Source: a phage
Length of the DNA: 377 nt
Sequence record: OP360905.1
Strand: one strand, 5' to 3'
Part shown: positions 1-377 of the stretch, piece after piece
How the letters are laid out: the number at the start of each line of letters is the position of its first letter
Numbering within the stretch: position 1 is the first letter of the stretch
The notes under the pieces: generated by a model
Database searches by the model: none
The model's input: only the letters and a program-made list of their open reading frames with translations
Told to the model about the DNA's origin: nothing
Made by a program: the position numbers and the translations under genes

Positions 1-377
1 TGACGGCTGACGTTCTGATTTACGATATTGAGGACGCGATGAACCACTACGACGTTCGCTCTGAGTATACCTCTCAGTTGGGTGAATCTCTGGCGATGGC
101 TGCTGATGGTGCGGTTCTGGCTGAGATTGCTGGCCTGTGTAACTTGGCGAGCACCGCTGATGAGAACATTGCAGGTCTAGGCTCTGCCACTGTGATTGAG
201 ACCACTCAGGCCAAGGTTGAAATTGCCGACCAAGTTGCTCTGGGTAAAGAGATTATTGCGGCTCTGACCAAGGCTCGCGCTGCTCTGACCAAGAACTACG
301 TTCCTGCTGCTGACCGTGTGTTCTACTGCGACCCTGACAGCTACTCTGCGATTCTGGCAGCACTGATGCCCAACGCC
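1..377 (+). CDS. 10: Major capsid protein of a T7-like phage (gp10A homologue), internal fragment; partial at both ends, first complete codon at position 3, 125 codons with no stop
   Basis: Seen in sequence: + strand frame 3 (positions 3-377) is open across the whole window, while + frames 1 and 2 hit stops at once (tga 1-3, tga 8-10, tga 16-18, tag 178-180). Established knowledge: the translation matches my recollection of T7 gp10A (roughly residues 101-225), with identical stretches such as TADVLIYDIEDAMNHYDVRSEYTSQLGESLAMAADGAVLAEIAGLCN and DQVALGKEIIAALTKARAALTKNYVPAADRVFYCDPDSYSAILAALMPNA. Codon usage (Leu ctg 9 of 12, Ala gct/gcg, Gly ggt, Thr acc/act) fits a highly expressed enterobacterial-phage late gene. 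The exact phage (T3, phiYeO3-12-like, other Studiervirinae) cannot be determined without a database search. Confidence 0.95.

Noticed and set aside
30-41. Shine-Dalgarno-like gagg (30-33) five nt upstream of an in-frame ATG (39-41), and a second in-frame ATG at 96-98, as possible internal starts.
   Set aside because: Both ATGs encode conserved internal Met residues of the capsid protein, and the reading frame and homology continue upstream to the window edge. The gagga is simply the Glu-Asp codons of the conserved IEDAM motif.
45-56. Partial resemblance (tacgac) to the core of the T7 RNA polymerase promoter consensus.
   Set aside because: Only a 6-nt coincidence; the rest of the 23-bp consensus (taatacgactcactataggga) is absent and the site sits inside conserved coding sequence.
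1-252. Stop-free stretch on the reverse strand (the frame that pairs with + frame 1 has no taa/tag/tga until the + strand tta at 253-255), superficially an antisense ORF of about 84 codons.
   Set aside because: The + strand frame 3 has decisive homology to a conserved capsid protein across the whole window. Antisense open stretches are common opposite strongly codon-biased genes, there is no recognisable start context, and T7-like genomes are transcribed from one strand only.
1-377. The programmed -1 ribosomal frameshift site of T7 gene 10 (10A/10B).
   Set aside because: The window corresponds to roughly residues 101-225 of gp10A, whereas the known frameshift site lies near the 3' end of the gene, outside this window. 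No slippery heptamer followed by downstream structure is evident here.

Overview
The whole 377-nt window is internal coding sequence of one gene on the + strand (codons begin at position 3, open to both window edges). It encodes a close homologue of the bacteriophage T7 major capsid protein (gene 10 / gp10A, HK97-fold), so the window most likely comes from a T7-like lytic podovirus genome (Autographiviridae) rather than a bacterial chromosome. Translation: TADVLIYDIEDAMNHYDVRSEYTSQLGESLAMAADGAVLAEIAGLCNLASTADENIAGLGSATVIETTQAKVEIADQVALGKEIIAALTKARAALTKNYVPAADRVFYCDPDSYSAILAALMPNA. Against the T7 gp10A sequence as I recall it (not verified by search), the flanks are identical and about 12 substitutions cluster in a central ~28-codon patch, so this is a T7 relative, not T7 itself. 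I see no promoter, terminator, RNA gene, CRISPR repeat or mobile-element boundary, and no evidence of an undescribed system: this is a well-known, highly conserved structural gene. The only observations worth a second look are the clustered divergence patch and a short perfect direct repeat.
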